From an uncultured virus (IMG/VR IMGVR_UViG_3300021197_001546) (lineage: Duplodnaviria > Heunggongvirae > Uroviricota > Caudoviricetes), in the IMG/VR virus record IMGVR_UViG_3300021197_001546: DNA of 64,000 bases. One strand, given 5' to 3'. Below, one piece after another: positions 19,590-28,387 of the stretch. The notes beneath the pieces were generated by a model. The model searched no databases and had not been told where the DNA came from. It saw nothing but the letters and a program-made list of their open reading frames with translations. Position numbers and translations under genes: made by a program. Numbering within the stretch: the first letter of the stretch is position 1; every line of letters begins with the position of its first letter.

Positions 19590-19895
19590 CTACTCGGTTA
19601 GAGTAAGTGCTGGCCCGCTCACGGTTCCCTTGGGAGGAACAACGAGACCGCTACCGAACGCCGTGTTATACTCATTCATGAGTTCATCGTGGGGCTTGAT
19701 ACTGAAGAGAATGAAGTTCTTCGAGATCGTAATAGGCCCATCATGATCCGCATAGGGGAGCCACGGAGCAAGTCCAATACTCTGATTTCCCGTAGGAAGA
19801 ATCAGACAGGGTTTTTCAATCTTGAATTCGGTTTCCTCTTCAGTCACCGTTGCGAGAATCTCTTCGCCGCTTGTCAGTCGTAGAATCTTTACCAT
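19590..19895 (-). CDS. Conserved T4-like small Sm/LSm-like protein
   Basis: KILRLTSGEEILA...GLAPWLPY...YNTAFGSGLVVP. Confidence 0.7.
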   Translation of the reverse strand: MVKILRLTSGEEILATVTEEETEFKIEKPCLILPTGNQSIGLAPWLPYADHDGPITISKNFILFSIKPHDELMNEYNTAFGSGLVVPPKGTVSGPALTLTE

Positions 19896-20007
19896 TGGTT
19901 TTCTTTCCTTTTTTCTTTCCGAAAATTGCTTCGTAGTTCTTGGAATACGCTTCCCGATCTACTTTCCTATATTTATCACCTTTACCCGCACCGTGTTGTC
20001 CACCCAT
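19840..20007 (-). CDS. Small basic hypothetical protein
   Basis: GAGGAG RBS, ATG 20007, GAGKGDKYRKVDREAYSKNYEAIFGK. Confidence 0.6.
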   Translation of the reverse strand: MGGQHGAGKGDKYRKVDREAYSKNYEAIFGKKKGKKTNGKDSTTDKRRRDSRNGD

Positions 20008-20088
20008 ATTCAGTCTCCTCAAAAGAAAACCGCCGGCGAGTTCCAAGCAGCCGAAACCGTGGTCGCCCGCCGGCGGTGTTGATTTAAT

Positions 20089-20279
20089 GGGACTCAGGGT
20101 TATTGTATACCTGAAGAAAGCAGCACGAACGTACAATGTCAGTAGTAACCTGCTTCCACCACTCCACACATCCCGCTAAGGATCATCTCATACAAGCATT
20201 TCTGCATCATACGGACAGGTCGCTAAACCATTTGGAGTTTGCACTATCCCCATTCGTAGAGGATTATTATGCGAGTCCC
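20089..20279 (-). ncRNA. Candidate ~190-nt multi-helix structured RNA
   Basis: GGGACUC/GAGUCCC closing helix with several internal stems; own promoter upstream and a hairpin plus U-run downstream. Confidence 0.6.
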
Positions 20280-20335
20280 GTGTGGGAGGTAATTAGTCTC
20301 CCGCACATTATTTCTTATTCACTTGTCATACGAGT

Positions 20336-20363
20336 ATTATACTCGTAGTGGTGGGTTTGTCAA
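20336..20363 (-). promoter_or_regulatory. Sigma70-like promoter
   Basis: TTGACA-N16-TATAAT. Confidence 0.8.
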
Positions 20364-20385
20364 CCCTGTTCTCAAACTTTTTTTC

Positions 20386-20547
20386 TCACTCCTTCCGCCA
20401 CGGACAAGAAGGTCCGATCAGCAGAAGAGTAGGAACCCAAAGACCGATGAAGGTTCCGAGAGTTGCATCCGTCTGGTAAACCCAGATAGAAAGAAGAATT
20501 GAAATGAACGCCAAAATGTAAAGAATCTTTCCGAATACCTTAAGCAT
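20386..20547 (-). CDS. Small two-TM membrane protein (53 aa)
   Basis: MLKVFGKILYILAFISILLSIWVY...GTFIGLWVPTLLLIG; AGGAG RBS. Confidence 0.65.
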   Translation of the reverse strand: MLKVFGKILYILAFISILLSIWVYQTDATLGTFIGLWVPTLLLIGPSCPWRKE

Positions 20548-20550
20548 GTT

Positions 20551-21150
20551 CTACTCCTTGTTCCAAAGAACATTCAATGTCTTATCATAAACCATGAGGA
20601 AGCGATGCTTCCTACTTCTATCGCGCCACTCTCCGTCGAGTCCGCTCATCTTACCTCTACTATGCTTGACGAATGATCCGTCTTCCTGTTTGATCCAGAA
20701 GTCTTTCTTCGGCGCCGTCATTCCATAGTAATCAAAATTTGCTGCTCTATAAATGGTTCCTTCGTGGTAGTCGGCGTCTGCGTAACTCAGGACCGCTCTA
20801 ACCATAGTTGTCTGTCGCAACCTTCGCAGACATCTCGAAACGAACCATGTCGCCATATTTTTTTCACTTCGTTGGATGGAGGGGTGCAGACACAACCTGC
20901 TAAGTTCAAAAAGCCCGTCCTGTTGATCACGTTGTAATCCGAAGGCTGACTGGGCCAATTCGGGAACTGGTAGTCCCGTGAAAATACATACCCCAAGACT
21001 TCCTTCTGATGAGATTGGTTCGTCTTTGAAGAGTCCATAATTGTATCCAGACTTGAAACCTTTGGAGTGATCCTTGAGATAGTGATACTGAAGGAGCAAG
21101 CCCTCCGCATCTTTCTTACCGATCGGATCAATAGTGAAATCACTTTTCAT
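20551..21150 (-). CDS. Mom-like (GNAT-fold) DNA modification protein
   Basis: YHYL...ELSRLCL...WFVSRCLR...VLSYAD...HEGTIYRAANFDYYG. Confidence 0.8.
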   Translation of the reverse strand: MKSDFTIDPIGKKDAEGLLLQYHYLKDHSKGFKSGYNYGLFKDEPISSEGSLGVCIFTGLPVPELAQSAFGLQRDQQDGLFELSRLCLHPSIQRSEKNMATWFVSRCLRRLRQTTMVRAVLSYADADYHEGTIYRAANFDYYGMTAPKKDFWIKQEDGSFVKHSRGKMSGLDGEWRDRSRKHRFLMVYDKTLNVLWNKE

Positions 21151-21152
21151 AA

Positions 21153-21225
21153 AGCGGGTGAACGGACTCGAACCGTCAACATTTAGATTGGAAATCTAAC
21201 ACTCTACCAATTGAGTTACACCCGC
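21153..21225 (-). tRNA. tRNA-Gly(UCC)
   Basis: GCGGGTGTAACTCAATTGGTAGAGT...TT-TCC-AA...GTTCGAGT...CACCCGCT. Confidence 0.93.
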
Positions 21226-21284
21226 ATAAAGAGGGAGCCAGGTGCCCCTCCGACACCTGGCTCCCGTACTACTCGTTCTGAATA

Positions 21285-21554
21285 TCAGAGAGAGTAGCGG
21301 TTACCTTCGGCGTCGTAACCGTAGGTTCGACTGCCAGGATGGGTATCCTCCATGAAGTAACGGGTCATGCCCGTAGCGGTGGACTGGCTGGTGATTTCCC
21401 AGTTACCGAACGCCTCGACCTGCGAACGAATGTCGCTGATGGTGGCTCGAAGGTTACCGACACCGAAGCGGCTCTTGGCTTCGTTCGGAGTGAGTCCCTT
21501 GCCGCTGGCGAGGTAGTTGATGACACGGCGCTTCTTGGTGAGAGTGTTGTTCAT
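21285..21554 (-). CDS. Small helix-turn-helix protein
   Basis: VINYLASGKGLTPNEAKSRFGVGNLRATISDIR. Confidence 0.75.
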   Translation of the reverse strand: MNNTLTKKRRVINYLASGKGLTPNEAKSRFGVGNLRATISDIRSQVEAFGNWEITSQSTATGMTRYFMEDTHPGSRTYGYDAEGNRYSL

Positions 21555-21636
21555 AACACAATGCTCCAGTTGTGGATGCTTGTTTAAGGTTAAGAGTCTT
21601 GGAATCGCATCCGTGTTCCTTGACTCGACTTCGTAT

Positions 21637-21664
21637 ATTATACAGTGGTTGAACGGTTTGTCAA
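21637..21664 (-). promoter_or_regulatory. Sigma70-like promoter
   Basis: TTGACA-N16-TATAAT. Confidence 0.8.
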
Positions 21665-21838
21665 CCCTTTGGGGTAGTTTTTCGCAATAAAGTTCATCAC
21701 GATTTGCTTCGCGTACTGTTCTGCCGAAACATTATTCTCGGCGGCAATGTCGATAAGAACATTGATGTGTTCTTGTGGCAGTTGCATGGTGACGGGAAAA
21801 TTCATGAGTTCAGATTTCTCAATTTGAGTGTTTTCCAT
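21638..21838 (-). CDS. Small hypothetical protein (possibly ribbon-helix-helix)
   Basis: VTMQLPQEHINVLIDIAAENNVSAEQYAKQIV. Confidence 0.5.
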   Translation of the reverse strand: MENTQIEKSELMNFPVTMQLPQEHINVLIDIAAENNVSAEQYAKQIVMNFIAKNYPKGLTNRSTTV

Positions 21839-21840
21839 AA

Positions 21841-21913
21841 TGGCTCCGCTGGGACTCGAACCCAGAACGTTCGGCTTAAAAGGCCGCTACTCTACCAATT
21901 GAGTTACAGAGCC
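21841..21913 (-). tRNA. tRNA-Lys(UUU)
   Basis: GGCTCTGTAACTCAATTGGTAGAGT...CT-TTT-AA...GTTCGAGT. Confidence 0.93.
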
Positions 21914-22132
21914 AGTGTGCGGGTGGCGAGTCCGCGTAACGCCAGGGTTTGACCTAAGATCCCTAAACTTGGATGCCTGTTGATTGTTCCGAGTAAGTCG
22001 ATCGAACTCGGGCTGGGGAGAACCCCCAACGGTGCCTATAGTATATCCATAGGTTAATCATACATAACGGACAAAAGTTTAAATGTGTTTCAGGTCGGTC
22101 CAAGTCATCACTGTCTCCGTTGGTGAGTCTTT

Positions 22133-22160
22133 ATTATATCATCATCGGATGGTTTGTCAA
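22133..22160 (-). promoter_or_regulatory. Sigma70-like promoter
   Basis: TTGACA-N16-TATAAT. Confidence 0.8.
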
Positions 22161-22166
22161 CCCACT

Positions 22167-22739
22167 TCAGGAAATTCCCGAAGAAAACCAATCAGGCATT
22201 TGTGAGGGTTGCTTCCATGTGGCAAAACGACGCTTCTCCATGATGTAGTATCGCCTATAGGCAACAATAGAGGCACGAATAGAATTGCCTGGTACTTTGC
22301 AGTGATCAGGCATAGCCTGTGGAAAGGCAGTCTGTCTGTGGTCCTCTGGAATCCCCGATGGGGGATAGCACTGACACCACTCAATGAGGGACTGGGATCC
22401 GTGTCTGCGTCCGTAGCGTCTCGTATACTCGTCACAGAGAGCGAGACCGTGGTCTGCGAGCCAGCGGTAGTTCCCCAGCGTCTCCCGCGCCCAGATGGTG
22501 CAGGGGTGGTTCATCATAGTAGCACGATAAAGCAGAGTGTTGTCAGCCTCATCAGTCGGATGCGACCATCGCTGAATACGCCTGCCATTCTTCGAGTAAT
22601 CAATGTAGGGATCTCCATCGAGCATACGGTGAACCGTCGAGAGCATTTGTGCCGTCTCGACAGGCATTTTGACGACATGCTTGTCGCACATCTCACGGGC
22701 AGATTGAAAAGGTGAATCGTGAAGGGCAAAGATGTTCAT
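22167..22739 (-). CDS. Pyrimidine-dimer DNA glycosylase (DenV-like)
   Basis: MNIFAL...CDKHVVKMPVETAQMLST...NHPCTIWARE...EYTRRYGRRH...PQAMPD. Confidence 0.85.
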   Translation of the reverse strand: MNIFALHDSPFQSAREMCDKHVVKMPVETAQMLSTVHRMLDGDPYIDYSKNGRRIQRWSHPTDEADNTLLYRATMMNHPCTIWARETLGNYRWLADHGLALCDEYTRRYGRRHGSQSLIEWCQCYPPSGIPEDHRQTAFPQAMPDHCKVPGNSIRASIVAYRRYYIMEKRRFATWKQPSQMPDWFSSGIS

Positions 22740-23104
22740 TTCGGAAGTGGTGCCTCATAGAAGACTTTGATGTTTAGTGCCTTTGCAAGTGCCAACTCCG
22801 CATTGGCACCTTTGCTCTTTTCCCAACCAGACATCATATAGATCGCTGTGCAATCGTCACAGATCGCAACCATGTCTCGCTTGAGAGCAGCACGCATGAA
22901 TTCGTGATCCTCGTAGCAGTTGTCGGGATCAAACTCGTATGATGGTGATGTGGGTTTGCCTTGATCACGGTCAAGTTCTGCTGGATTGATTACATGCCAA
23001 CCCTGCTCCAGAAGCACACGGGCGCATCGGTCGAAGGCAGGGTAGTTGTAGTTCTCGAACCCACGCATGGGTCCAGCAACATAAATTGTTGGTTCTCGTT
23101 CCAT
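22736..23104 (-). CDS. Nucleoside 2-deoxyribosyltransferase-like (DUF4406-type) protein
   Basis: IYVAGPMRG..NYNYPAF...INPAE...AIYMMSGWEKSKGANAE. Confidence 0.85.
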   Translation of the reverse strand: MEREPTIYVAGPMRGFENYNYPAFDRCARVLLEQGWHVINPAELDRDQGKPTSPSYEFDPDNCYEDHEFMRAALKRDMVAICDDCTAIYMMSGWEKSKGANAELALAKALNIKVFYEAPLPK

Positions 23105-23120
23105 GATAAAAAATCTCCAA

Positions 23121-23193
23121 TGGGTTGGGGGAGACTCGAACTCCCGAAAATAACGTTATAAGCGTTACTGCTGATGCCATCCGCTTCCAACCC
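23121..23193 (-). tRNA. tRNA-Ile(UAU) with atypical D-arm
   Basis: GGGTTGG/CCAACCC acceptor, TAACG-CTTATAA-CGTTA anticodon arm, GGGAG-TTCGAGT-CTCCC T-arm; A at position 8. Confidence 0.8.
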
Positions 23194-23203
23194 TCACATA
23201 CGA

Positions 23204-23231
23204 ATTATAGTATACAGATCGTGCTTGTCAA
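23204..23231 (-). promoter_or_regulatory. Sigma70-like promoter
   Basis: TTGACA-N16-TATAAT directly upstream of tRNA-Ile. Confidence 0.8.
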
Positions 23232-23245
23232 GAGGTTTCCTCAAA

Positions 23246-26200
23246 TTATGGTGCAGGAACATCAAAAACGGACGCTGCATTCGCTACGCTAGTAGGCACA
23301 ACCATCGTAACCAGCGTATCCTCTACAGCCCAATTCTGGGGAGCGAACCAGGCAGAGTAGTTACCACCCGCCAGGTCGTACCCGAAGTGGTTCGCTCCAA
23401 CATTCTTGGCATTCTCTTCTGCTTTCATTCGACCAACCACGGCGCCGTCTCGAATGATCTCGTAGACTAGTGTCTGTTGAGACCCGATTGACGAATTCAG
23501 ATTGTAGTACGAACTCGTAATGGTGGGGAGATTGGTGTTGAAGGTAGGGCCGTCATTGGCTGGAGCATACAGAACATAGATCTCAGGGAAGTTATAGGAC
23601 TCATCCGTTCCATTCCCATCGACATCGGCGTTCGCACTTAGCGAAGTATATGTCTGATTGCCATCGCCATCGGTGAAGTCGGGAGCAGAAAGAACATCAA
23701 AGGTTCTTAATGATGATGTGGCTGGAGGCGTAGTGTGCCTTGCAGAACCTAGAAGGTCTGGGTGGCTGTTCTTATCGAAGACCTCGACCATATCGGGTGT
23801 CAAGAACTTGTGACCAATATTGTCACCATAGAAGCCAGGGTTGAACTGACCATCGAAGTTTATAATCTTGATCATCATAATTGAGTCTGCATTGATGTTG
23901 GCAGTATCGGTTTCGAACATCACTGAACCAGAATTGGCCGCGTTGGCTGTTCCTGATCCTTCTGTACCATCACCAAATATCTCATCGATCACTTCACCTC
24001 CGCCTCCGCCTCCACTAGACTCAGGAATTGGGATGTAATCAATGTCGAAGAAGAATTCCGACTCACCGAATACTTGTGTGCCGTTGTCGTTCTGCGTGCA
24101 GTTGTTGAAAATATGATTACGAATATCTTGCATTACAGATGCTGAAAGTATATTTGTCGCCACGCCGCCGAAGAAGGTGTTTCTCCATATAATACTATGT
24201 CCACTACTGGCAGAGTCTTCTTTAATGTACGAAAGACTGCCCGAAGGTAGTCCTTCTGCACTAAATGTGTGTGTAGAAACTACCGACCCATCTGCGGCCC
24301 GAATAGTAAGATTGATTCCATAGAAATTGTCAAACCACAAATCTCGTCTAGCCCTATTAGTCGTATTAAACGCTCCGAAGAGGAGTTTTATTTGGGCACC
24401 GATCGTCTCACCAGCGTCATCATTGAGATCAAGGAACGATAAACTGTTTATGTCAATGTTCCCATCAACGTTGGTACCGGAGTCTCCTTCGGCTACCGAG
24501 GGAGGGAAATGATTCGTCGAATCCGTAAATTCGTCACCCTTTGTTTCGCTAATAGATGTGAAGTTGTCAACATTCCCGTATGGATCGGTGTCCGAAAGTC
24601 GGTCTTCAAAGTAACTGAACTTCATTTGATTGTTGGCGCCGACATCGGGAACATCGTTGACATCGACTGCACTGGTGATCGCGGTGTCCACCACGACGCC
24701 GTCGCTGTTGTTTAACTCAACACGAACTAGAAGTTGTTCGCTACCACCAGAACTAACTTCAGGAACTGTAAAGTCGGCACTAGAATTGCTGCTGAAATCC
24801 TGAGAATCGGCAATATCCGAGGAGGTAGGGAATCTTAATTCAAATCTATACTGAGGATTCACAACATCCGTAGATGTTGCTCTTGCCGTAATCGTTGTTC
24901 CCTCATTCACCTCAGTTGGGTTCCCATCAATAGTGACATTGACAGTTCCCACAGTATCTGGTTGAACGGAGAAACTCTCGCTAAATGTTACACTATCGGT
25001 GCTACCATCGTCAGTATCTAAACTATTTACAATCGTAAGTTCTGCGACGAAGTTCTGTCCTTCGGTTCCCTGTGGAATAGGAGCAGTCAGTCTACCGTCA
25101 GGTGTCGTGCCCGATCCTGTCCAAGTGAACGTATCTAGTACAGTACCATCAAGAGAATAAGTGACAGTGAATTGATCATTGTCAAGAATAGTTGTGACGC
25201 CGTTTCTTCTCGGGACACCATCCATGGCACCATGATCAAACTGAAAGGTCTCGCCCTCTCTGATAAATGGTGCGTTTATGATAGTAAATGCTGGGAATGC
25301 TGGATCATTAATATCATCCATGACAACATACGGAGTTTGAATTTGCCATGTGTAGGTAACGGTGAGAGGATCACCAGCAGCATTATCGACAACGTGAATG
25401 ATCTGATCATTTTCGCTCTCAGTAATTGCCGATCCGCCCGCTGAATCCGAGATATAAGCATCAGTCAGTGTAACTTCAATGAACGATTCATTATCAGGAT
25501 ACGTTAGTTGATCATCGGGAGTTTGTGCAATCGTATTTTCATCCCAACTGGAAGCACGAACAAGAAGATTACATTGCTGGTTTCCCGTTGTGTGGGCCCA
25601 TTGGGCGATATCGAGAACATCTACCTCAAAAACATTTCCTTGATTGCTATTTTGCTGGGTAGTGAATGCTGTGTTCGAAATTTGAAATGTGGGGTGTCCA
25701 TTTTCAGGAATGGCTGGGTCGTGTATGCCGTCAATGAGTAGAGCATACCCACCACCAGAAATACCATAACCGATATGACCGTAATATTCCTCGGGAGCGC
25801 CTGGATCTCCATCGATTGTGTTGGATCCAGTGGTGGTGAAGTTACCAACGTTAATTTGCTCTTCCATTTTATCCGACGGTTCGGGTCGATCAAACCTTCT
25901 GGTATTTTGTCCAACACCGATTGGATTCGGAGGAAGTATTCCGCCCGCCATTCTCCACCACCGTTTGCCTGGTTCAGGTACTACAACAATGCCGGTACCT
26001 GTATCAAACGGAACTTCTTTCTCATCTCCATCTTTCGTATTCCATGTAGCATTCTCATTCGAATCTTGAGGAAGAACTAAGATCTCTGCATTGACCGCCG
26101 AAGGCCAAATATTAGCAGTAGTGTTTTCCCCATAGAGATCACCGAGATCTTGATCGTATGGTGTCATATCTAATTTGGCTTCGGTGATGATGGCACCAGC

Positions 26201-26623
26201 AGGGATCCCAGAAAGATCAAAGTACAGGGCACTTCGAGAAGGACCAACTTCAGTATAGGTTAACGCACCACTGATGGGTGGTTGATGAATACCACCCGAT
26301 CCCTCGACTGGTGAACCAACAGGATTACCACCGTTACCTTCTTGTACAACATTGCTGTTGGCACCTTCTACATTCTCAGTAGCGAGTCCAACAGCGAGCC
26401 AAGGTTCCGTTTTATAATTTGTATCATCACCTTTAACACAAGTTAGACTCTCTGGATCCAAGACAATATCGGGATCCATAAGAGGACTACCCTTATAGTG
26501 CAACGTTGTGTCCCCGATTGGGTTGAGACAAACCTCAACGGCTTCGGGTGTTGGTATTACATTTTTCTTTCTCTTTGCCCGATCTTGACGAAAACTGGGC
26601 TTTAATTCTCTTAATGCCGCCAT
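23246..26623 (-). CDS. Large acidic putative virion protein with DNRLRE-like and Ig-like domains
   Basis: SRSALYFDLSGIPAGAIITEAKL...ENATWN; Ig-like VNEGTTITARAT...PQYRF; TATACATA upstream at 26650-26657. Confidence 0.7.
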   Translation of the reverse strand: MAALRELKPSFRQDRAKRKKNVIPTPEAVEVCLNPIGDTTLHYKGSPLMDPDIVLDPESLTCVKGDDTNYKTEPWLAVGLATENVEGANSNVVQEGNGGNPVGSPVEGSGGIHQPPISGALTYTEVGPSRSALYFDLSGIPAGAIITEAKLDMTPYDQDLGDLYGENTTANIWPSAVNAEILVLPQDSNENATWNTKDGDEKEVPFDTGTGIVVVPEPGKRWWRMAGGILPPNPIGVGQNTRRFDRPEPSDKMEEQINVGNFTTTGSNTIDGDPGAPEEYYGHIGYGISGGGYALLIDGIHDPAIPENGHPTFQISNTAFTTQQNSNQGNVFEVDVLDIAQWAHTTGNQQCNLLVRASSWDENTIAQTPDDQLTYPDNESFIEVTLTDAYISDSAGGSAITESENDQIIHVVDNAAGDPLTVTYTWQIQTPYVVMDDINDPAFPAFTIINAPFIREGETFQFDHGAMDGVPRRNGVTTILDNDQFTVTYSLDGTVLDTFTWTGSGTTPDGRLTAPIPQGTEGQNFVAELTIVNSLDTDDGSTDSVTFSESFSVQPDTVGTVNVTIDGNPTEVNEGTTITARATSTDVVNPQYRFELRFPTSSDIADSQDFSSNSSADFTVPEVSSGGSEQLLVRVELNNSDGVVVDTAITSAVDVNDVPDVGANNQMKFSYFEDRLSDTDPYGNVDNFTSISETKGDEFTDSTNHFPPSVAEGDSGTNVDGNIDINSLSFLDLNDDAGETIGAQIKLLFGAFNTTNRARRDLWFDNFYGINLTIRAADGSVVSTHTFSAEGLPSGSLSYIKEDSASSGHSIIWRNTFFGGVATNILSASVMQDIRNHIFNNCTQNDNGTQVFGESEFFFDIDYIPIPESSGGGGGGEVIDEIFGDGTEGSGTANAANSGSVMFETDTANINADSIMMIKIINFDGQFNPGFYGDNIGHKFLTPDMVEVFDKNSHPDLLGSARHTTPPATSSLRTFDVLSAPDFTDGDGNQTYTSLSANADVDGNGTDESYNFPEIYVLYAPANDGPTFNTNLPTITSSYYNLNSSIGSQQTLVYEIIRDGAVVGRMKAEENAKNVGANHFGYDLAGGNYSAWFAPQNWAVEDTLVTMVVPTSVANAASVFDVPAP

Positions 26624-26660
26624 AGATGATCTCCTATTGGAACCATCATTATGTATATAA

Positions 26661-26731
26661 CTGTCCCGCCTAGATTCGAACTAGGACTGTTTGTACCAAA
26701 AACAAAAGTGCTACCATTACACTACGGGACA
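26661..26731 (-). tRNA. tRNA-Gln(UUG)
   Basis: TGTCCCG TAGTGTAATGGTAGCAC...TT-TTG-GT...GTTCGAAT...CGGGACAG. Confidence 0.9.
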
Positions 26732-26739
26732 AATCTCAT

Positions 26740-27048
26740 TCAACCCTCATCAGAAGACACGAAATCGAACTCAGTTTGGTTCGGATCTTCTTTACTCAAG
26801 ACAATACTACACTTCTTATTCATGACATGACCATTCTCATTCACACGAAGATAGTTTGACTTCTGCCGATCAAGATCATTGCCGAGACGGTAGTTCACCT
26901 GCAAGAGACCGGCTTTGTCAATGATAGGCCACCCTCCCTCGGAAGTGAAGGAAGACATAATTTCTTCCGCATGTTCTACCGCTCGGTCCTTGTCATGTCC
27001 AACTGGAATATCAATGTGAAGTCGGTAACCATTAAAATCACTCATCAC
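26740..27048 (-). CDS. Hypothetical protein
   Basis: Coupled ORF. Confidence 0.6.
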   Translation of the reverse strand: MMSDFNGYRLHIDIPVGHDKDRAVEHAEEIMSSFTSEGGWPIIDKAGLLQVNYRLGNDLDRQKSNYLRVNENGHVMNKKCSIVLSKEDPNQTEFDFVSSDEG

Positions 27049-27280
27049 GCTTTTCCTTTCGCCGTGCTTTCGGCCTTGCTTTATACGATCTTGGTGTTTC
27101 CTTCGTCATGGGAAGATTCTCTCTCATGAGTAACATAACCTTCGCAAGATCTTTGTATCCTATTTCATCCAGAAGATACTTCTCGTAAGCAATGACCGCG
27201 GCTTCGCCAATCTCGATAAGATCTTCTAGCCAACGATCTCTGTCTTCGGGATAACTAAACGAATCTTTCTTCTTAGCCAT
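27038..27280 (-). CDS. Hypothetical protein
   Basis: AGGAG RBS; 80-aa ORF. Confidence 0.6.
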   Translation of the reverse strand: MAKKKDSFSYPEDRDRWLEDLIEIGEAAVIAYEKYLLDEIGYKDLAKVMLLMRENLPMTKETPRSYKARPKARRKEKRDE

Positions 27281-27341
27281 CTGTGATCTCCTTGAATCAC
27301 AGTCGTCACTTTATCATACTATAAAGACTGTATGGATATGT

Positions 27342-27566
27342 TTACGCAACATTCTCTAAGATAGATTCACGGGCTACCATGGCGGCAATCTCTGATATTG
27401 TTTCTGGTATTTCAATTGTATCTAAGTGATCGTATCTACAACAAACATATTGAATGCAGTCATAAATCTCTTTCGAGAATTTGACAGGGATATACTTATC
27501 CCCATGCTTTTCGAATACGCCATAGTCACCATCGTACCAGTCTACACCTACAAATTTACCAGCCAT
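27342..27566 (-). CDS. Hypothetical protein
   Basis: GGAGG RBS; 74-aa ORF. Confidence 0.6.
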   Translation of the reverse strand: MAGKFVGVDWYDGDYGVFEKHGDKYIPVKFSKEIYDCIQYVCCRYDHLDTIEIPETISEIAAMVARESILENVA

Positions 27567-27577
27567 AATGGGCCTCC

Positions 27578-27835
27578 TTAGATTAGAAGTTGTGGTGTGG
27601 AAAACTTATTGACCGAGTCTACACGGAACGATCGCCACTCTTGGAGATCAGTATCGAAGACACGGACAGTATCAGGATTCGGTGGGGTAGGAGAAACTTC
27701 CGTCAGTTGCTGACGTTCGGGAAGACGATCGGGATGAAGTGTACAATGCATCTCTCGCATCGAACCATCCTTCTTTTCAAAGACCACCGTACATACGCCT
27801 CGGTGAAGTTGATCTACCATTGTTTCTCTGTTCAT
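27578..27835 (-). CDS. WYL_2/SH3-fold small protein
   Basis: VCTVVFEKKDGSMREMHCTL...VFDTDLQEWRSFRVDSV. Confidence 0.8.
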   Translation of the reverse strand: MNRETMVDQLHRGVCTVVFEKKDGSMREMHCTLHPDRLPERQQLTEVSPTPPNPDTVRVFDTDLQEWRSFRVDSVNKFSTPQLLI

Positions 27836-27884
27836 AACTCACTACTCCTTTTTATTTAGGGTTATGGATACTGTTGACACAGAA

Positions 27885-27912
27885 ATTATAACACCATTTT
27901 AAAATCTGTCAA
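27885..27912 (-). promoter_or_regulatory. Sigma70-like promoter
   Basis: TTGACA-N16-TATAAT. Confidence 0.8.
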
Positions 27913-27964
27913 GTAAAAAGAGACGCTTTCGCGTCTCTCTCTACGGGGATCATTTTGTTTTAGT

Positions 27965-28387
27965 TCAATCGATTTTCAGATTACCGAGAACCTTTTCCCA
28001 ATAGGATTGTGTAGCCTTCTTGCGATAACCGTTCGGCCCGCCGTTGTGAATACGAGCGATATCCTCCATCGTAGCCGTACGTCCCAGTCGTCGCTCAATC
28101 GCGTACCGATCCATATAGGCATTCACGATCTTCTCGGAATACTCACGGTTGAAACAGTCTTCGTACTTCCCACCAATGCTCTTATCGAATTGTACTGCAT
28201 CCTTCCAATAGGAACGCCAAATCTGATACGGACCGATGGCGTTTCCGTTGTCACCCACCGCAGAGTCATTATTACCCGACTCGACGATGCGAATTGCATC
28301 CATGAGTCGGCGAGGAACCTCCGCATTAGCGAGAGTCGAACAAAGAATACCAACGGCGAGAAGCGAGAGAGAAGTCTTCATGTTCAT
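27965..28387 (-). CDS. i-type (destabilase-like) lysozyme with a Sec signal peptide
   Basis: MKTSLSLLAVGILCSTLANA signal; AIRIVESG...GPYQIWRSYWKDA...ARIHNGGPNG...YWEKV. Confidence 0.85.
   Translation of the reverse strand: MNMKTSLSLLAVGILCSTLANAEVPRRLMDAIRIVESGNNDSAVGDNGNAIGPYQIWRSYWKDAVQFDKSIGGKYEDCFNREYSEKIVNAYMDRYAIERRLGRTATMEDIARIHNGGPNGYRKKATQSYWEKVLGNLKID

Noticed and set aside
19271..19601. ORFs 19271-19474 and 19314-19601
   Set aside because: They overlap tRNA-Asn and tRNA-Arg; spurious translations
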